DNA of 64,000 nucleotides from an uncultured Bacteroidota bacterium (GCA_903824755.1 CAIJXW010000024.1:228-64227); one strand, 5' to 3'. Positions 19,389-29,669 are shown, numbered from the stretch's first letter. Translations and numbers: made by a program. The notes: generated by a model not told the origin, from the letters alone.

Positions 19389-20741
19389 ATGAAAAAAATC
19401 TTACTATTAGCGTTGAGCTTAAACTTAGTAATAGGATGCAAAAAAGAAATTGCAAATCCTGAAGAAATTATACAAGACATTGCCACATATAGCGATAAAG
19501 TTTTGGATAATGCTGTAATTTATGAAGCAAATATTCGTCAATATTCGCCCTCTGGAACTTTTAATGCATTTTCAAAAGACATTCCGAAATTGAAAGAATT
19601 AGGTGTAAAAATACTGTGGCTTATGCCTATTCACCCTATTGGGATAAAAAACAGAAAAGAAGGTTTAGGAAGTTATTATTCTATAAAAGATTATAGAGGT
19701 ATTAATCCTGAATTTGGAAAACTTGAAGATTTTAAAAATTTAGTAAAAACAGCCCATCAAAATGGCATGTATGTTATCATGGATTGGGTACCAAATCATA
19801 CTGCTTGGGATCATGCATGGGTTGCAGACCATAAAGATTATTATGCAAAAGATAAGGACGGCAAAATGTTTTCGCCTTTTGATTGGACTGATGTTGTGAA
19901 ATTAGATTATTCAAATCAGAATCTCCGAAAAGCAATGATTTGGGAAATGAAATATTGGCTAACCGAAGCAAATGTTGATGGTTTCCGTTGTGATGTTGCG
20001 GGCGAAGTGCCTACGGATTTTTGGGAAAGTGCAGCATTAGAATTAAAAAAGACAAAACCTGTTTTTATGCTTGCCGAAGCAGAAAAACCAGAATTATCAA
20101 AAAAAGCATTTGACATGGCCTATGGCTGGGAAGCACATCATATAATGAATGAAATTGCTCAAGGCAAAAAAACCGTAAAAGACTTTGATAGTTATATCAC
20201 AAAAAAAGATTCTGTTTGGGAAAAAGACGATATAAGCATGTATTTTACTTCAAATCATGATGAAAATTCTTGGAACGGAACAGAATATGAACGAATGGGC
20301 GATGCGGTTGAAACCTTTGCTGCTCTAACCTATTTAATTCCAGGAATCCCTCTGATATATAATGGTCAAGAATATGATTTTAATAGAAGACTTAAGTTTT
20401 TTGTAAAAGATTCTATCAACACTGTGAAAGGAAAAATGTTTCCAATATACACAAAATTAGGGCAATTAAAAAATGGAAATAGTGCACTAGATGGCGGAAA
20501 AAAACCAGGTTCATATAAAAGAATTGCTACTTCATCGAATCAAAACATTTTGGCATTTGAAAGAGAAAAACTAGGTAAAAAAGTAATTTTTGTTGGTAAT
20601 TTAACCAAAACAAATCAATCGTTTACTGCTCCAATCGAAGGAGCGTTTATAGATTATATATCGGGCAAAAAGGTGGTGTTTTCAAAAAATCAAAAGCTTG
20701 ATTTCAACCCTTGGGAATACAAAATTTTGTTGTCCGAATAA
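19389..20741 (+). CDS. GH13 alpha-amylase, lipoprotein
   Basis: Lipobox IGC; IYEANIRQYS, DWVPNH, DGFRCDVA, NHDENSW. Confidence 0.9.
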   Translation: MKKILLLALSLNLVIGCKKEIANPEEIIQDIATYSDKVLDNAVIYEANIRQYSPSGTFNAFSKDIPKLKELGVKILWLMPIHPIGIKNRKEGLGSYYSIKDYRGINPEFGKLEDFKNLVKTAHQNGMYVIMDWVPNHTAWDHAWVADHKDYYAKDKDGKMFSPFDWTDVVKLDYSNQNLRKAMIWEMKYWLTEANVDGFRCDVAGEVPTDFWESAALELKKTKPVFMLAEAEKPELSKKAFDMAYGWEAHHIMNEIAQGKKTVKDFDSYITKKDSVWEKDDISMYFTSNHDENSWNGTEYERMGDAVETFAALTYLIPGIPLIYNGQEYDFNRRLKFFVKDSINTVKGKMFPIYTKLGQLKNGNSALDGGKKPGSYKRIATSSNQNILAFEREKLGKKVIFVGNLTKTNQSFTAPIEGAFIDYISGKKVVFSKNQKLDFNPWEYKILLSE

Positions 20742-20761
20742 TTATAATACAAAAATTGATG

Positions 20762-20793
20762 AAGCACAAACTAAACCAGTTTGTGCTTTTTTT
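20762..20793 (+). terminator. Intrinsic terminator ending the starch operon
   Basis: aagcacaaact-aaacc-agtttgtgctt followed by a T-run. Confidence 0.8.
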
Positions 20794-20822
20794 ATTTTGG
20801 CTACATTTGTAAAAAAATAGAA

Positions 20823-21500
20823 ATGCTAAAACTAGGCCATCGAGGTGCCATGGGCTTAGCCCCAGAAAATACCTTGATTTCATTTCAAACAGCAATAGAC
20901 CTTGGAGTTGACGGAATTGAACTTGATGTTCGATTGACTTCTGACGGAGAATTGATTGTCATTCACGATTCGACTCTCGATAGAACGACTAACAGTCAAG
21001 GACAAGTGAGTGCATTTTCTTTAAATGAAATAAAAAAAATAACTGCTAATCAAGTAGCTATTATTCCAACTCTTATTGAGGTTTTGGATTTAGTAAACAA
21101 AAAGTGTATCGTAAATATTGAGCTCAAAGAATTTGAAACTGCCGAAAAAGTAGTTGATTTGATTGAAGAATATGTGCAGAACAAAAAATGGCACTATTCG
21201 GATTTTTTGGTTTCTAGTTTTGACTGGCATGCTCTAAAAAAAATTCGCTATTTGAATTCGGATATTCAAATTGGAGTGCTAACAGAAACTGATTTAGAAA
21301 TGGCTTTTGAGTTTGCAAAATTCCTAAAAGCAACAACTATTGTTTCTAATTATTTGCTTTTGGATGAAAAAAATATAATTGAAATTCAAAATTGTGATAT
21401 CAAAATTATAGCTTGGACGGTAAACGAAATAGAAGCAATTGAAAAAATGAAAACATTAAAAATAGGCGGAATCATTACTGATTTTCCAGATAGAATATGA
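20823..21500 (+). CDS. Glycerophosphodiester phosphodiesterase
   Basis: GHRGA..APENT, IELDV...DGELIVIHD, AWTVN, IITDFP; TACATTTG box at 20802-20809 supports the ATG at 20823. Confidence 0.9.
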   Translation: MLKLGHRGAMGLAPENTLISFQTAIDLGVDGIELDVRLTSDGELIVIHDSTLDRTTNSQGQVSAFSLNEIKKITANQVAIIPTLIEVLDLVNKKCIVNIELKEFETAEKVVDLIEEYVQNKKWHYSDFLVSSFDWHALKKIRYLNSDIQIGVLTETDLEMAFEFAKFLKATTIVSNYLLLDEKNIIEIQNCDIKIIAWTVNEIEAIEKMKTLKIGGIITDFPDRI

Positions 21501-22705
21501 ATCAAAATTTTGATATAATTATTGTTGGAGGCGGTGCTGCAGGTTTTTTTACTGCGATAAATATCGTAGAAAAAAACAAAAATTTGAAAGTCGCCATTTT
21601 AGAACGGGGTTCAGAAGTCCTAAATAAAGTGCGAATTTCTGGAGGCGGAAGATGCAATGTCACGCATGCGTGTTTTGAGCCTAACGAATTAGTGAAATAT
21701 TATCCTCGAGGCGAAAAAGAATTGCGAGGGCCGTTTCATCAGTTTTGTTCGGGAGATACTGTCGAATGGTTTGAAAAACATGGTGTCGAGCTAAAAATCG
21801 AAGTTGATGGTCGGATGTTTCCCGTTTCAAATTCATCGCAAACAATAATTGATTGTTTTCTAGAGGCTACAAAAAAATTAGGAATATCCGTTATAACCAA
21901 TCAAAGTGTGCAATCTATATTTCAAAAAGATACTTTTTGGAAAGTCGAAACACAATCGGAAACGTATATTGCTGAGAAATTAATTTTGGCAACAGGCAGC
22001 AATCCGAAAATTTGGGAAATGCTTCAAACCTTCGGTCATGCGATAATAAATCCCGTTCCATCATTGTTTACATTCAATATAAAAGACAGCAGAATTAAGG
22101 AATTGCCAGGCGTTTCTACCCTCGTTTCGGTGAAAGTGAAAGACACAAAACTCGAAACTTCAGGGCCATTATTAATTACGCATTGGGGAATGTCTGGCCC
22201 TGCAATACTGAAATTATCCGCTTGGGGAGCTCGAATTTTGAATGACAAAAACTATCAATTTACAATTTTTATAAACTGGCTAAACGATTTGGACGCAGAA
22301 ACTGTATTCAATACACTCAAAGAATTAAAAATAGAAAATGCAAAAAAGGCAGTTTCAAAAAAATCTCCGTTTGAAATAACCAACCGTTTGTGGGAAAGTT
22401 TATCCATAGCGGCAGGGATAGAATCAGAAACAAAATGGGCCGATTTGTCAAAAAACCAACTTCATAATTTGACAAATCAGTTAACGAATAGCACATTTCA
22501 GGTCAATGGAAAAAGTACGTTCAAAGAAGAATTTGTAACCGCAGGAGGAATAGATTTGAAAGAAATAAATTTCAAAACCATGGAAAGTAAATTACATAAT
22601 AACCTATATTTTGCTGGCGAAATCGTGAATATTGATGCGATAACAGGTGGGTTTAATTTTCAAAATGCGTGGACAAGTGGATTTATAGTTGCAAACGCAA
22701 TTTAA
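21497..22705 (+). CDS. HI0933/BaiN(YhiN)-family flavoprotein oxidoreductase
   Basis: GGGAAG, ISGGGRCNVT, LLITHWGMSGPAIL, TGGFNFQNAWTSG. Confidence 0.9.
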   Translation: MNQNFDIIIVGGGAAGFFTAINIVEKNKNLKVAILERGSEVLNKVRISGGGRCNVTHACFEPNELVKYYPRGEKELRGPFHQFCSGDTVEWFEKHGVELKIEVDGRMFPVSNSSQTIIDCFLEATKKLGISVITNQSVQSIFQKDTFWKVETQSETYIAEKLILATGSNPKIWEMLQTFGHAIINPVPSLFTFNIKDSRIKELPGVSTLVSVKVKDTKLETSGPLLITHWGMSGPAILKLSAWGARILNDKNYQFTIFINWLNDLDAETVFNTLKELKIENAKKAVSKKSPFEITNRLWESLSIAAGIESETKWADLSKNQLHNLTNQLTNSTFQVNGKSTFKEEFVTAGGIDLKEINFKTMESKLHNNLYFAGEIVNIDAITGGFNFQNAWTSGFIVANAI

Positions 22706-22708
22706 TCC

Positions 22709-23188
22709 CTAACCCCTATTCAACCACCAAATACTAGCGTTCAAAACAGTTGCGAAACTAACCCACGCTAAATATGGAATTAATAAAAAACTAGCCATTC
22801 TATTAATTTTGGCAAACTTTAGATACGTTTCATATATCATTAATAAAAGAATAACTATTTCTATCAAAGCCAATAATGGATTTTTTAGACCAAAAAACAA
22901 AACCGACCACAACGAATTTAGAGCCAACTGAATCGCAAAAAAAAGTAACGCTTTTTTGACCATTTCTTTTTCGTGATCCATTTTAGTCCATACTAAACCG
23001 GCAGCAATTCCCATCAAAACATAAAGCAAACTCCAAACAGGAGCAAAAATCCAATTGGGTGGGTTAAATATTGGTTTTATCAAAGTAGGATACCAAGTGG
23101 TTATTGCTGAGCGAGTTATCAATCCCGAAAAATAGCCAACACTCATACAAGTGGCTACAAGAGTCAATATTTTAAAATTTTTGTTCAT
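22709..23188 (-). CDS. tspO: TspO/MBR tryptophan-rich sensory protein
   Basis: WYPTLIKPIFNPPNWIFAPVW, LIPYLAWVSFATVLN. Confidence 0.93.
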   Translation of the reverse strand: MNKNFKILTLVATCMSVGYFSGLITRSAITTWYPTLIKPIFNPPNWIFAPVWSLLYVLMGIAAGLVWTKMDHEKEMVKKALLFFAIQLALNSLWSVLFFGLKNPLLALIEIVILLLMIYETYLKFAKINRMASFLLIPYLAWVSFATVLNASIWWLNRG

Positions 23189-23295
23189 AGGATTTTTTTC
23201 AAAATTACAAATCTTTTAATCAATATCACAAATATCCAAAGTCAGAAAGGAACATATTAATCAAAAAAAGTATCTTTGCCTAAATTTAACGTTTG

Positions 23296-24387
23296 ATGGA
23301 TTCTACAAACAATTTTATATCGACACCCTATTCTCATTTTATTGAAAATGGCGTTTTTGAATATAGCTCCCCAAGCAACATTGCATTGGTAAAATATTGG
23401 GGGAAAAAAGAGAATCAAATTCCTGCAAATCCTTCAATAAGTTTCACCCTAAATACTTGTAAAACGATTACAAAATTGGCTTTCGCCAAAAAAAATAACG
23501 ATGGAAGTTTCTCGTTTGATTTGCTATTTGAAGGAAAACCCAAAGAAGAATTCAAACCGAAGATTCAGAAATTTTTTGAACGAATTGAGATCTATTTACC
23601 ATTTTTGAAAGACTATCATTTTACGATTGATACCCAAAACACATTTCCACATAGCTCTGGGATAGCCTCTTCGGCATCTGGAATGGCTGCTTTGGCTATG
23701 AATTTTATGAGCATTGAAAAAATGTTAAACCCAGAAATGTCCCCAGAATATTTCTATGAAAAAGCCTCTTTCTTGGCTAGATTAGGTTCTGGAAGTGCCT
23801 GCAGAAGCATTAAAGGAAGTCTAGTAGTTTGGGGAAATCACAAAAACATCGCTGGAAGTTCCGATTTATTTGGAGTAGAATTTCCATACAAAATTCATGC
23901 TACTTTCAAGAATTATCAAGACACAATATTGCTGGTTGACAAAGGCGAAAAACAAGTTTCTAGTACCGTTGGCCACGATTTAATGCACGGGCATCACTAT
24001 GCAAAAAATCGATTTGAACAAGCACATCAAAATATAGACGCATTAATTACTGTTTTTGAAAAAGGTGATTTAAACTCATTTATAAATATTGTTGAAAGCG
24101 AAGCCCTAACACTTCATGCCATGATGATGACATCATTTCCTTATTTTATATTAATGAAACCCAATACTTTAGAAATTATAAATGCCATTTGGAAGTTCAG
24201 AAATGAAACCAAAATCCCAGTTTGTTTTACGCTAGATGCAGGAGCAAATGTGCATGTTTTATATCCCGAAAATACTAAATCTGCTGTTTTAGAGTTTATT
24301 AAAAACAAATTAGTTGGCTTTTGTCAAAATGGTCAGTATATTTGTGATGAAATTGGAAATGGAAGTCAACAGATCAAAACCAAATAA
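23296..24387 (+). CDS. mvaD: Diphosphomevalonate decarboxylase
   Basis: SPSNIALVKYWGK, GIASSASG, RLGSGSACRS, FTLDAGANVH; TATCTTTG box at 23271-23278. Confidence 0.92.
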   Translation: MDSTNNFISTPYSHFIENGVFEYSSPSNIALVKYWGKKENQIPANPSISFTLNTCKTITKLAFAKKNNDGSFSFDLLFEGKPKEEFKPKIQKFFERIEIYLPFLKDYHFTIDTQNTFPHSSGIASSASGMAALAMNFMSIEKMLNPEMSPEYFYEKASFLARLGSGSACRSIKGSLVVWGNHKNIAGSSDLFGVEFPYKIHATFKNYQDTILLVDKGEKQVSSTVGHDLMHGHHYAKNRFEQAHQNIDALITVFEKGDLNSFINIVESEALTLHAMMMTSFPYFILMKPNTLEIINAIWKFRNETKIPVCFTLDAGANVHVLYPENTKSAVLEFIKNKLVGFCQNGQYICDEIGNGSQQIKTK

Positions 24388-24388
24388 T

Positions 24389-25327
24389 ATGAAAGGACCA
24401 TTATTTTATTCTAAAATATTACTCTTTGGAGAATACGGAATTATTCGTGACTCAAAGGGGTTGTCGATCCCCTATAATTTCTATAATGGTGCATTAAAAA
24501 AAGACTCAAATACATCTCAAGAGGCACAACTTTCTAACCAAAATTTGAAACGTTTTGTGACCTATTTGGAATCCCTACAAAAGGAACAGCCTGATTTAAT
24601 ATTATTTAATATTGATGAATTGAAAAATGATGTAGAATCTGGAATGTATTTCGATTCAAGCATACCTCAAGGATATGGAGTAGGCAGCAGTGGTGCACTT
24701 GTAGCAGCTATTTATGACCGATATGCCAAAAATAAAATTACTGTTTTGGAAAACCTAACAAGAGAAAAACTACTGATATTAAAATCAATTTTCTCCCAAA
24801 TGGAATCCTTTTTTCATGGAAAAAGTTCAGGCTTAGACCCGTTAAACAGCTATTTAAGTATTCCAATATTGATTAATTCTAAAGATAATATCGAAGCAAC
24901 AGGAATTCCAAATCAAAGTTATGATGGAAAAGGAGCGGTGTTTTTATTAGACTCAGGAATTGTTGGCGAAACAGCCCCAATGGTAAATATTTTTATGGAA
25001 AACCTCAAAGATAAAGGGTTTCGCACCATGCTAAAATCACAATTTATAAAACATACCGATGCCTGTGTCGAAAACTTCCTTGGAGGCGACATCAAATCAT
25101 TATTTGAAAATACAAAAAAATTATCAAAAGTAGTTTTAAACAATTTTAAGCCAATGATACCCGAAGAATTTCACGGAATTTGGCAAAAAGGAATCGACAC
25201 TAACGATTACTATTTAAAACTATGTGGCTCAGGTGGAGGCGGTTATATCCTTGGTTTTACCGAAGATATAGAAAAAGCCAAAACATCATTGAAAGACTAT
25301 AAACTAGAAATAGTATATCAGTTTTAA
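24389..25327 (+). CDS. Mevalonate kinase (GHMP family)
   Basis: SKILLFGEY, PQGYGVGSSGA, HGKSSGLD, KLCGSGGGG; ATG at 24389 directly after mvaD. Confidence 0.88.
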   Translation: MKGPLFYSKILLFGEYGIIRDSKGLSIPYNFYNGALKKDSNTSQEAQLSNQNLKRFVTYLESLQKEQPDLILFNIDELKNDVESGMYFDSSIPQGYGVGSSGALVAAIYDRYAKNKITVLENLTREKLLILKSIFSQMESFFHGKSSGLDPLNSYLSIPILINSKDNIEATGIPNQSYDGKGAVFLLDSGIVGETAPMVNIFMENLKDKGFRTMLKSQFIKHTDACVENFLGGDIKSLFENTKKLSKVVLNNFKPMIPEEFHGIWQKGIDTNDYYLKLCGSGGGGYILGFTEDIEKAKTSLKDYKLEIVYQF

Positions 25328-25328
25328 A

Positions 25329-26249
25329 ATGACAACTAGAAAAAATAAACTTTTTTTTCTGAAAATTATCAGTTTATTTTCTGTTGTTCGAGGATATAAC
25401 ATTCCCATAATCATTCTAGCACAATACCTTTCAGCAATATTTATACTATCGCCCGAAAAAAGAGCGTTGGAAGTAATTCTAGATTTCAATTTATTCATAA
25501 TCGTATTGTCTAGCTCAATAACCATAGCCTCTGGCTATATAATTAATAATTTCTACGACAGCAAAAAAGACATTATCAATCGCCCAAACAAGTCAATGTT
25601 AGACCGGTTTGTAAGTCAAAAAACAAAACTTTCTGTCTATTTTATTCTAAATTTTATCGCCACAATTTTATTATTTTTCGTTTCCTGGAGAGCCGTATTG
25701 TTCTTTTCTGTCTATATCTTCTCCATTTGGTTTTATTCCCACAAAATAAAAAAAGTCGTAGTAATAGGAAATTTGATGGCCGCAATCATGGCAATATTAC
25801 CTTTTTTTGCCATACTCCTATATTATAAAAACCTGTATGAAGTAATATTTGGACACGCCTCCTTCTTGTTTTTATTATTATTAGTTCGCGAAATGATAAA
25901 AGATTTAGAGAATATCAAAGGCGATTTGGCCAATGGATATAACACAATACCAATCCTTTATGGCGAAACAACGGCAAAGAAAATCATAACCCTGCTAACC
26001 ATTCTAACCCTTTTTCCAATCTATATTTTAATCGATATTTTTGATGTAGGCTATATGGACATCTATTTTTATAGCTGCCTAATTATTTTGATTTTTTTAC
26101 TACTAAAACTTTGGAAATCAGAAACAAAAGCAGATTATTTATTCCTACACAACACGCTAAAATTTCTAATTGTAACCGGCGTATTTTCAATAATATTAAT
26201 CGATCCATCAGTCATTCTCAACGGAAAAAAATTACTAACACTATACTAA
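25329..26249 (+). CDS. UbiA-superfamily prenyltransferase (DGGGP-synthase-like)
   Basis: GYIINNFYD...DIINRP and REMIKDLENIKGD motifs; hydrophobic. Confidence 0.85.
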   Translation: MTTRKNKLFFLKIISLFSVVRGYNIPIIILAQYLSAIFILSPEKRALEVILDFNLFIIVLSSSITIASGYIINNFYDSKKDIINRPNKSMLDRFVSQKTKLSVYFILNFIATILLFFVSWRAVLFFSVYIFSIWFYSHKIKKVVVIGNLMAAIMAILPFFAILLYYKNLYEVIFGHASFLFLLLLVREMIKDLENIKGDLANGYNTIPILYGETTAKKIITLLTILTLFPIYILIDIFDVGYMDIYFYSCLIILIFLLLKLWKSETKADYLFLHNTLKFLIVTGVFSIILIDPSVILNGKKLLTLY

Positions 26250-26252
26250 TTT

Positions 26253-26325
26253 TTTTTTGGAGCTACTCCTGCTGTCATTCCAATCCACGCAAAAAAGCGT
26301 GGGATTTTCCCTTCCATCAGGGCTA
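26253..26325 (-). ncRNA. Structured intergenic repeat, Flavo-1-like (copy B)
   Basis: Minus strand TAGCCCTGATGGAAGGGAAAATCC-CACGC-TTTTTT-GCGTG-GATTGGAATGACAGCAGGAGTAGCTCCAAAA; homologous to 47611-47696. The family name is from memory. Confidence 0.7.
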
Positions 26326-26396
26326 AAAAACAGCCCAAAATCACGTTTCTATTAATTGACAATAATAGCCTATATTTGCACAAATTATAGAATATT

Positions 26397-27302
26397 ATGA
26401 ATAACAAGGAAGGCAACAATAAAAAAACTGGCACCAGAATCAGTTCTAGAACTAATTCTAACAAGCCAAAACCTGCCATGCAAAAAAGGGCACAGGGACC
26501 CAAAAAAGCAAAACCTAATCCTAAAGCAGTAGAAATTGCACCAGACAAAATTGCAAAAAAACCAAATCAAGCTCCAAAACGAGCAAAAGTAGCAGACGAA
26601 ATTCGCTTAAACAAATATATAGCCAACTCAGGAGTATGCTCTCGCCGAGACGCCGATATCTATATTCAATCAGGAAACGTAAAAGTAAACGGAATTCCAG
26701 TAATCGAAATGGGCTATATGGTTAAACCTGGCGATGTAGTGAATTTTGACGGAGCCGTATTAACCCCAGAGAAAAAAGAATATATATTGCTCAACAAGCC
26801 GAAAAATTTTACCACCGCATTAGACGAAGGTCAAGAATATCGAAATGTACTCGAACTCGTCAAAGGTTCCACAACAGCAAAAATTGGAGCAGTAGGCAGA
26901 ATGGATAAAAACACAACTGGATTATTACTGTTTACAAATGACACTGATATGATACGGAAATTTACACTTCCCAATCAGAAATCGTCAAAAATCTATCAAG
27001 TTTCATTAGACAAAAATCTGAAATATGAAGATTTAGAAAAGATAAATAAAGGACTCGTTCTTGATGGACATCGCGTTTTTGTAGAAGATGTTAGCTATAT
27101 CGATAACGAGCCAAAAAGTGAAATCGGACTAAAATTAAGATCCTCAAACGTAAAAGTGGTTCGTGCCATTTTTGAACATTTTGATTATGATGTCCTGAGA
27201 ATTGACCGAGTGGCATTTGCTGGACTAACAAAGAAAAATTTGCCTCGAGGCAACTGGCGATATTTGACCGATCAAGAAATTATCAATTTGAAAAACGCAT
27301 AA
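26397..27302 (+). CDS. rRNA pseudouridine synthase, RsuA/RluB family, with S4 domain
   Basis: IRLNKYIANSGVCSRRDAD, LLNKPK, VGRMDKNTTGLLLFTND; TATATTTG at 26371-26378. Confidence 0.9.
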   Translation: MNNKEGNNKKTGTRISSRTNSNKPKPAMQKRAQGPKKAKPNPKAVEIAPDKIAKKPNQAPKRAKVADEIRLNKYIANSGVCSRRDADIYIQSGNVKVNGIPVIEMGYMVKPGDVVNFDGAVLTPEKKEYILLNKPKNFTTALDEGQEYRNVLELVKGSTTAKIGAVGRMDKNTTGLLLFTNDTDMIRKFTLPNQKSSKIYQVSLDKNLKYEDLEKINKGLVLDGHRVFVEDVSYIDNEPKSEIGLKLRSSNVKVVRAIFEHFDYDVLRIDRVAFAGLTKKNLPRGNWRYLTDQEIINLKNA

Positions 27303-27329
27303 TTCAGAAAATATTAAATTCTTAACGCT

Positions 27330-27359
27330 AATTCCTGTTCAAAAAAACAGGAATTTTTT
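27330..27359 (+). terminator. Intrinsic terminator
   Basis: aattcctgtt...aacaggaatt followed by a T-run. Confidence 0.65.
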
Positions 27360-27376
27360 AATTAAAAAAACAAAAA

Positions 27377-27739
27377 ATGACCTCAGAAAAACTACAATCA
27401 ATAGCTTTCAAATGGTTTGATGCCTTCAATAATCACAATATAGAGCAACTATTATCACTATATCATGATGACGCAGAGCATTATAGTCCAAAACTAAAAA
27501 TTCACAAACCCGAAACAAACGGACTAATTATTGGCAAAGAAGCCTTGCGAACTTGGTGGCAAGATGCGTTTGATAGATTGCCAACTTTGAATTATAAAGT
27601 CACCTCGCTAACCGCAAATTCAGACCGAATTTTTATGGAATATATCCGAAGTGTTGCTGGCGAAAACAACATGCCAGTAGCAGAAGTTTTGGAAGTAAAA
27701 GATGGAAAAATCATCTTTTCCAGAGTATATCACGGATAG
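27377..27739 (+). CDS. SnoaL/NTF2-like protein
   Basis: WFDAFNNHNIEQLLSLYHDDA...IGKEALRTWW...DGKII. Confidence 0.8.
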   Translation: MTSEKLQSIAFKWFDAFNNHNIEQLLSLYHDDAEHYSPKLKIHKPETNGLIIGKEALRTWWQDAFDRLPTLNYKVTSLTANSDRIFMEYIRSVAGENNMPVAEVLEVKDGKIIFSRVYHG

Positions 27740-27782
27740 TATTTATAAAAAATTAATTAGCTTTACACTTAAAATAAATAGT

Positions 27783-29546
27783 ATGAAAAAATATACCCAA
27801 ATTTCTATTGCAATTATTGCCTCTTTGTTGCTCTTTAATTGCAAATCGGAGGATAAAAAACAAGATTTTAGTGATTTTACAAAACGCTATTTTGATGCAA
27901 AAAACAAATTAAGCCCACTCGATGCTACCCAAAATGGGCAGAACGAATATAACGATCAGCTTCAATTTGAAATGACTGATAGTTATAGAAAATCCCAAAT
28001 GGATTTCTATGAAATCTATCAAAACGAGCTAAAATCAATCGACACAATCTCACTCACTGAGGAAGAAAAAAATAGCTATGAAATCATCAAGTGGGAAACA
28101 AATGTTGGCAAGGAATTGCTCAACCAACCAACAAATTTAATGCCATTACAACAATTTTGGGGAACACACCTAACGATGGCACAATTTGCAGGAGGTACTA
28201 GTGCACAGCCATTTAAAACAGAAAAAGACTATGCTAATTTTCTAATTAGAATGGAAAAATATAGTATTTGGTTAGATTCCGCAATAGTCTATATGAAAAA
28301 AGGAATTGCCTCAGGAGTTGTACTTCCGAAAGCACTAACCGAAAAAGTTATCCCTCAATTTGAAGAAATGCCAACGCAAAAAGTAGAAGACAATCTATTT
28401 TATTCAGCTATAAAATTAATGCCTACGACTTTTTCAGAAGCCTCAAAAAAGGAATTATCAGAAAAATATGCTGCCATAATTACAACAAAATTAAATCCGC
28501 AGTACAAAAAAATGACCGAATTTCTAAAAAAAGAATACCTCCCAGCATCAAGAACTACAAGCGGAATAGGCAGTTTGCCTTTCGGAAAAGAATTATATGC
28601 AATCTATGCAAAGCAATGGACTACTACCGAAATGAAGCCCGAAGCCATTCATGAATTAGGCCTTCAAGAAGTAGCACGATTGAATGCTGAAATGGAAAAA
28701 GTAAAAAATCAAGTAGGATTTAAAGGCACCTTATTAGCGTTTTTTGATGAGGTTCGAAACAAAAAAGAATTAAAACCTTTCAAAAAACCAGAAGAAGTAC
28801 TTGCCAATTTTAATGCTATTTATTCCCGAATAAAACCAAATGTGGACAAGCTTTTTTCTTTGCAGCCAAAAACGAAATTTGAAATTAGAAGAACAGAAGC
28901 TTTTAGAGAAAAAACCGCAAGTGCCGAATATATGCAAGGCACAGCCGATGGGTCTAGACCAGGTATTTTTTATGTACCGATTCCAGATGTTGCAAATTAT
29001 AATCTCTATGGCGATGAGGATTTATTTTTGCACGAAGCCATTCCAGGGCATCATTTTCAAATGTCATTGCAACAAGAAAATACAAACTTGCCAGACTTTA
29101 GAAGATTCAATTGGTTTGGTGCCTATGGCGAAGGTTGGGCACTTTATACAGAAAGTTTAGGGACAGAATTGGGATTATATAAAGATCCGTATCAATATTT
29201 CGGCATGCTCAGTAATGAAATGCACCGAGCCATTCGATTGGTTGTCGATACTGGAATGCACACAAAAGGGTGGACAAGAGAGCAAGCGATTCAGTTTTCT
29301 TTGAATAATGAAGCCGAAAGCGAAGCTAGTATTGTTTCGGAAATCGAGCGATATATGGCTATTCCAGGACAAGCATTATCTTATAAAATTGGTCAATTGA
29401 AAATCATAGAATTGCGAAAAAAAGCAGCGACTCAAATGAGATCGAAATTTGACATAAAGAAATTTCACGAAAAAGTACTCGGGTCAGGCGTGATGCCTCT
29501 TGCATTATTAGAAAAGAAAATAAATGATTGGATAAAAGAGAAGTAA
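27783..29546 (+). CDS. DUF885 family lipoprotein (putative metallopeptidase)
   Basis: Lipobox FNC; HEAIPGHHFQ, EGWALYTE, RAIRLVVDTGMH, PGQALSYKIG. Confidence 0.9.
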   Translation: MKKYTQISIAIIASLLLFNCKSEDKKQDFSDFTKRYFDAKNKLSPLDATQNGQNEYNDQLQFEMTDSYRKSQMDFYEIYQNELKSIDTISLTEEEKNSYEIIKWETNVGKELLNQPTNLMPLQQFWGTHLTMAQFAGGTSAQPFKTEKDYANFLIRMEKYSIWLDSAIVYMKKGIASGVVLPKALTEKVIPQFEEMPTQKVEDNLFYSAIKLMPTTFSEASKKELSEKYAAIITTKLNPQYKKMTEFLKKEYLPASRTTSGIGSLPFGKELYAIYAKQWTTTEMKPEAIHELGLQEVARLNAEMEKVKNQVGFKGTLLAFFDEVRNKKELKPFKKPEEVLANFNAIYSRIKPNVDKLFSLQPKTKFEIRRTEAFREKTASAEYMQGTADGSRPGIFYVPIPDVANYNLYGDEDLFLHEAIPGHHFQMSLQQENTNLPDFRRFNWFGAYGEGWALYTESLGTELGLYKDPYQYFGMLSNEMHRAIRLVVDTGMHTKGWTREQAIQFSLNNEAESEASIVSEIERYMAIPGQALSYKIGQLKIIELRKKAATQMRSKFDIKKFHEKVLGSGVMPLALLEKKINDWIKEK

Positions 29547-29556
29547 TATTGAAATA

Positions 29557-29586
29557 AAAAAAAGCCCTGAACTTCAGGGCTTTTTT
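29557..29586. terminator. Bidirectional terminator (DUF885 gene and tRNA-Leu)
   Basis: aaaaaaagccctgaa-c-ttcagggctttttt. Confidence 0.8.
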
Positions 29587-29587
29587 G

Positions 29588-29669
29588 TGCGGATAATAGG
29601 ACTCGAACCTACACGCCTTGCGGCACCAGATCCTAAGTCTGGCATGTCTACCAATTTCACCATATCCGC
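29588..29669 (-). tRNA. tRNA-Leu(TAG)
   Basis: GCGGATATGGTGAAATTGGTAGACATGCCAGACTTAGGATCTGGTGCCGCAAGGCGTGTAGGTTCGAGTCCTATTATCCGCA; long variable arm; TATATTTG promoter at 29683-29690. Confidence 0.97.

Noticed and set aside
617-20741. Starch utilisation locus as a novel system
   Set aside because: Gene content (SusCDE, GH13s, GH31, GH65, PgmB, MFS, LacI) matches well-known flavobacterial alpha-glucan loci
26246-26570. Minus-strand ORFs over copy B and the pseudouridine synthase 5' end
   Set aside because: Antisense shadows with no recognisable motifs
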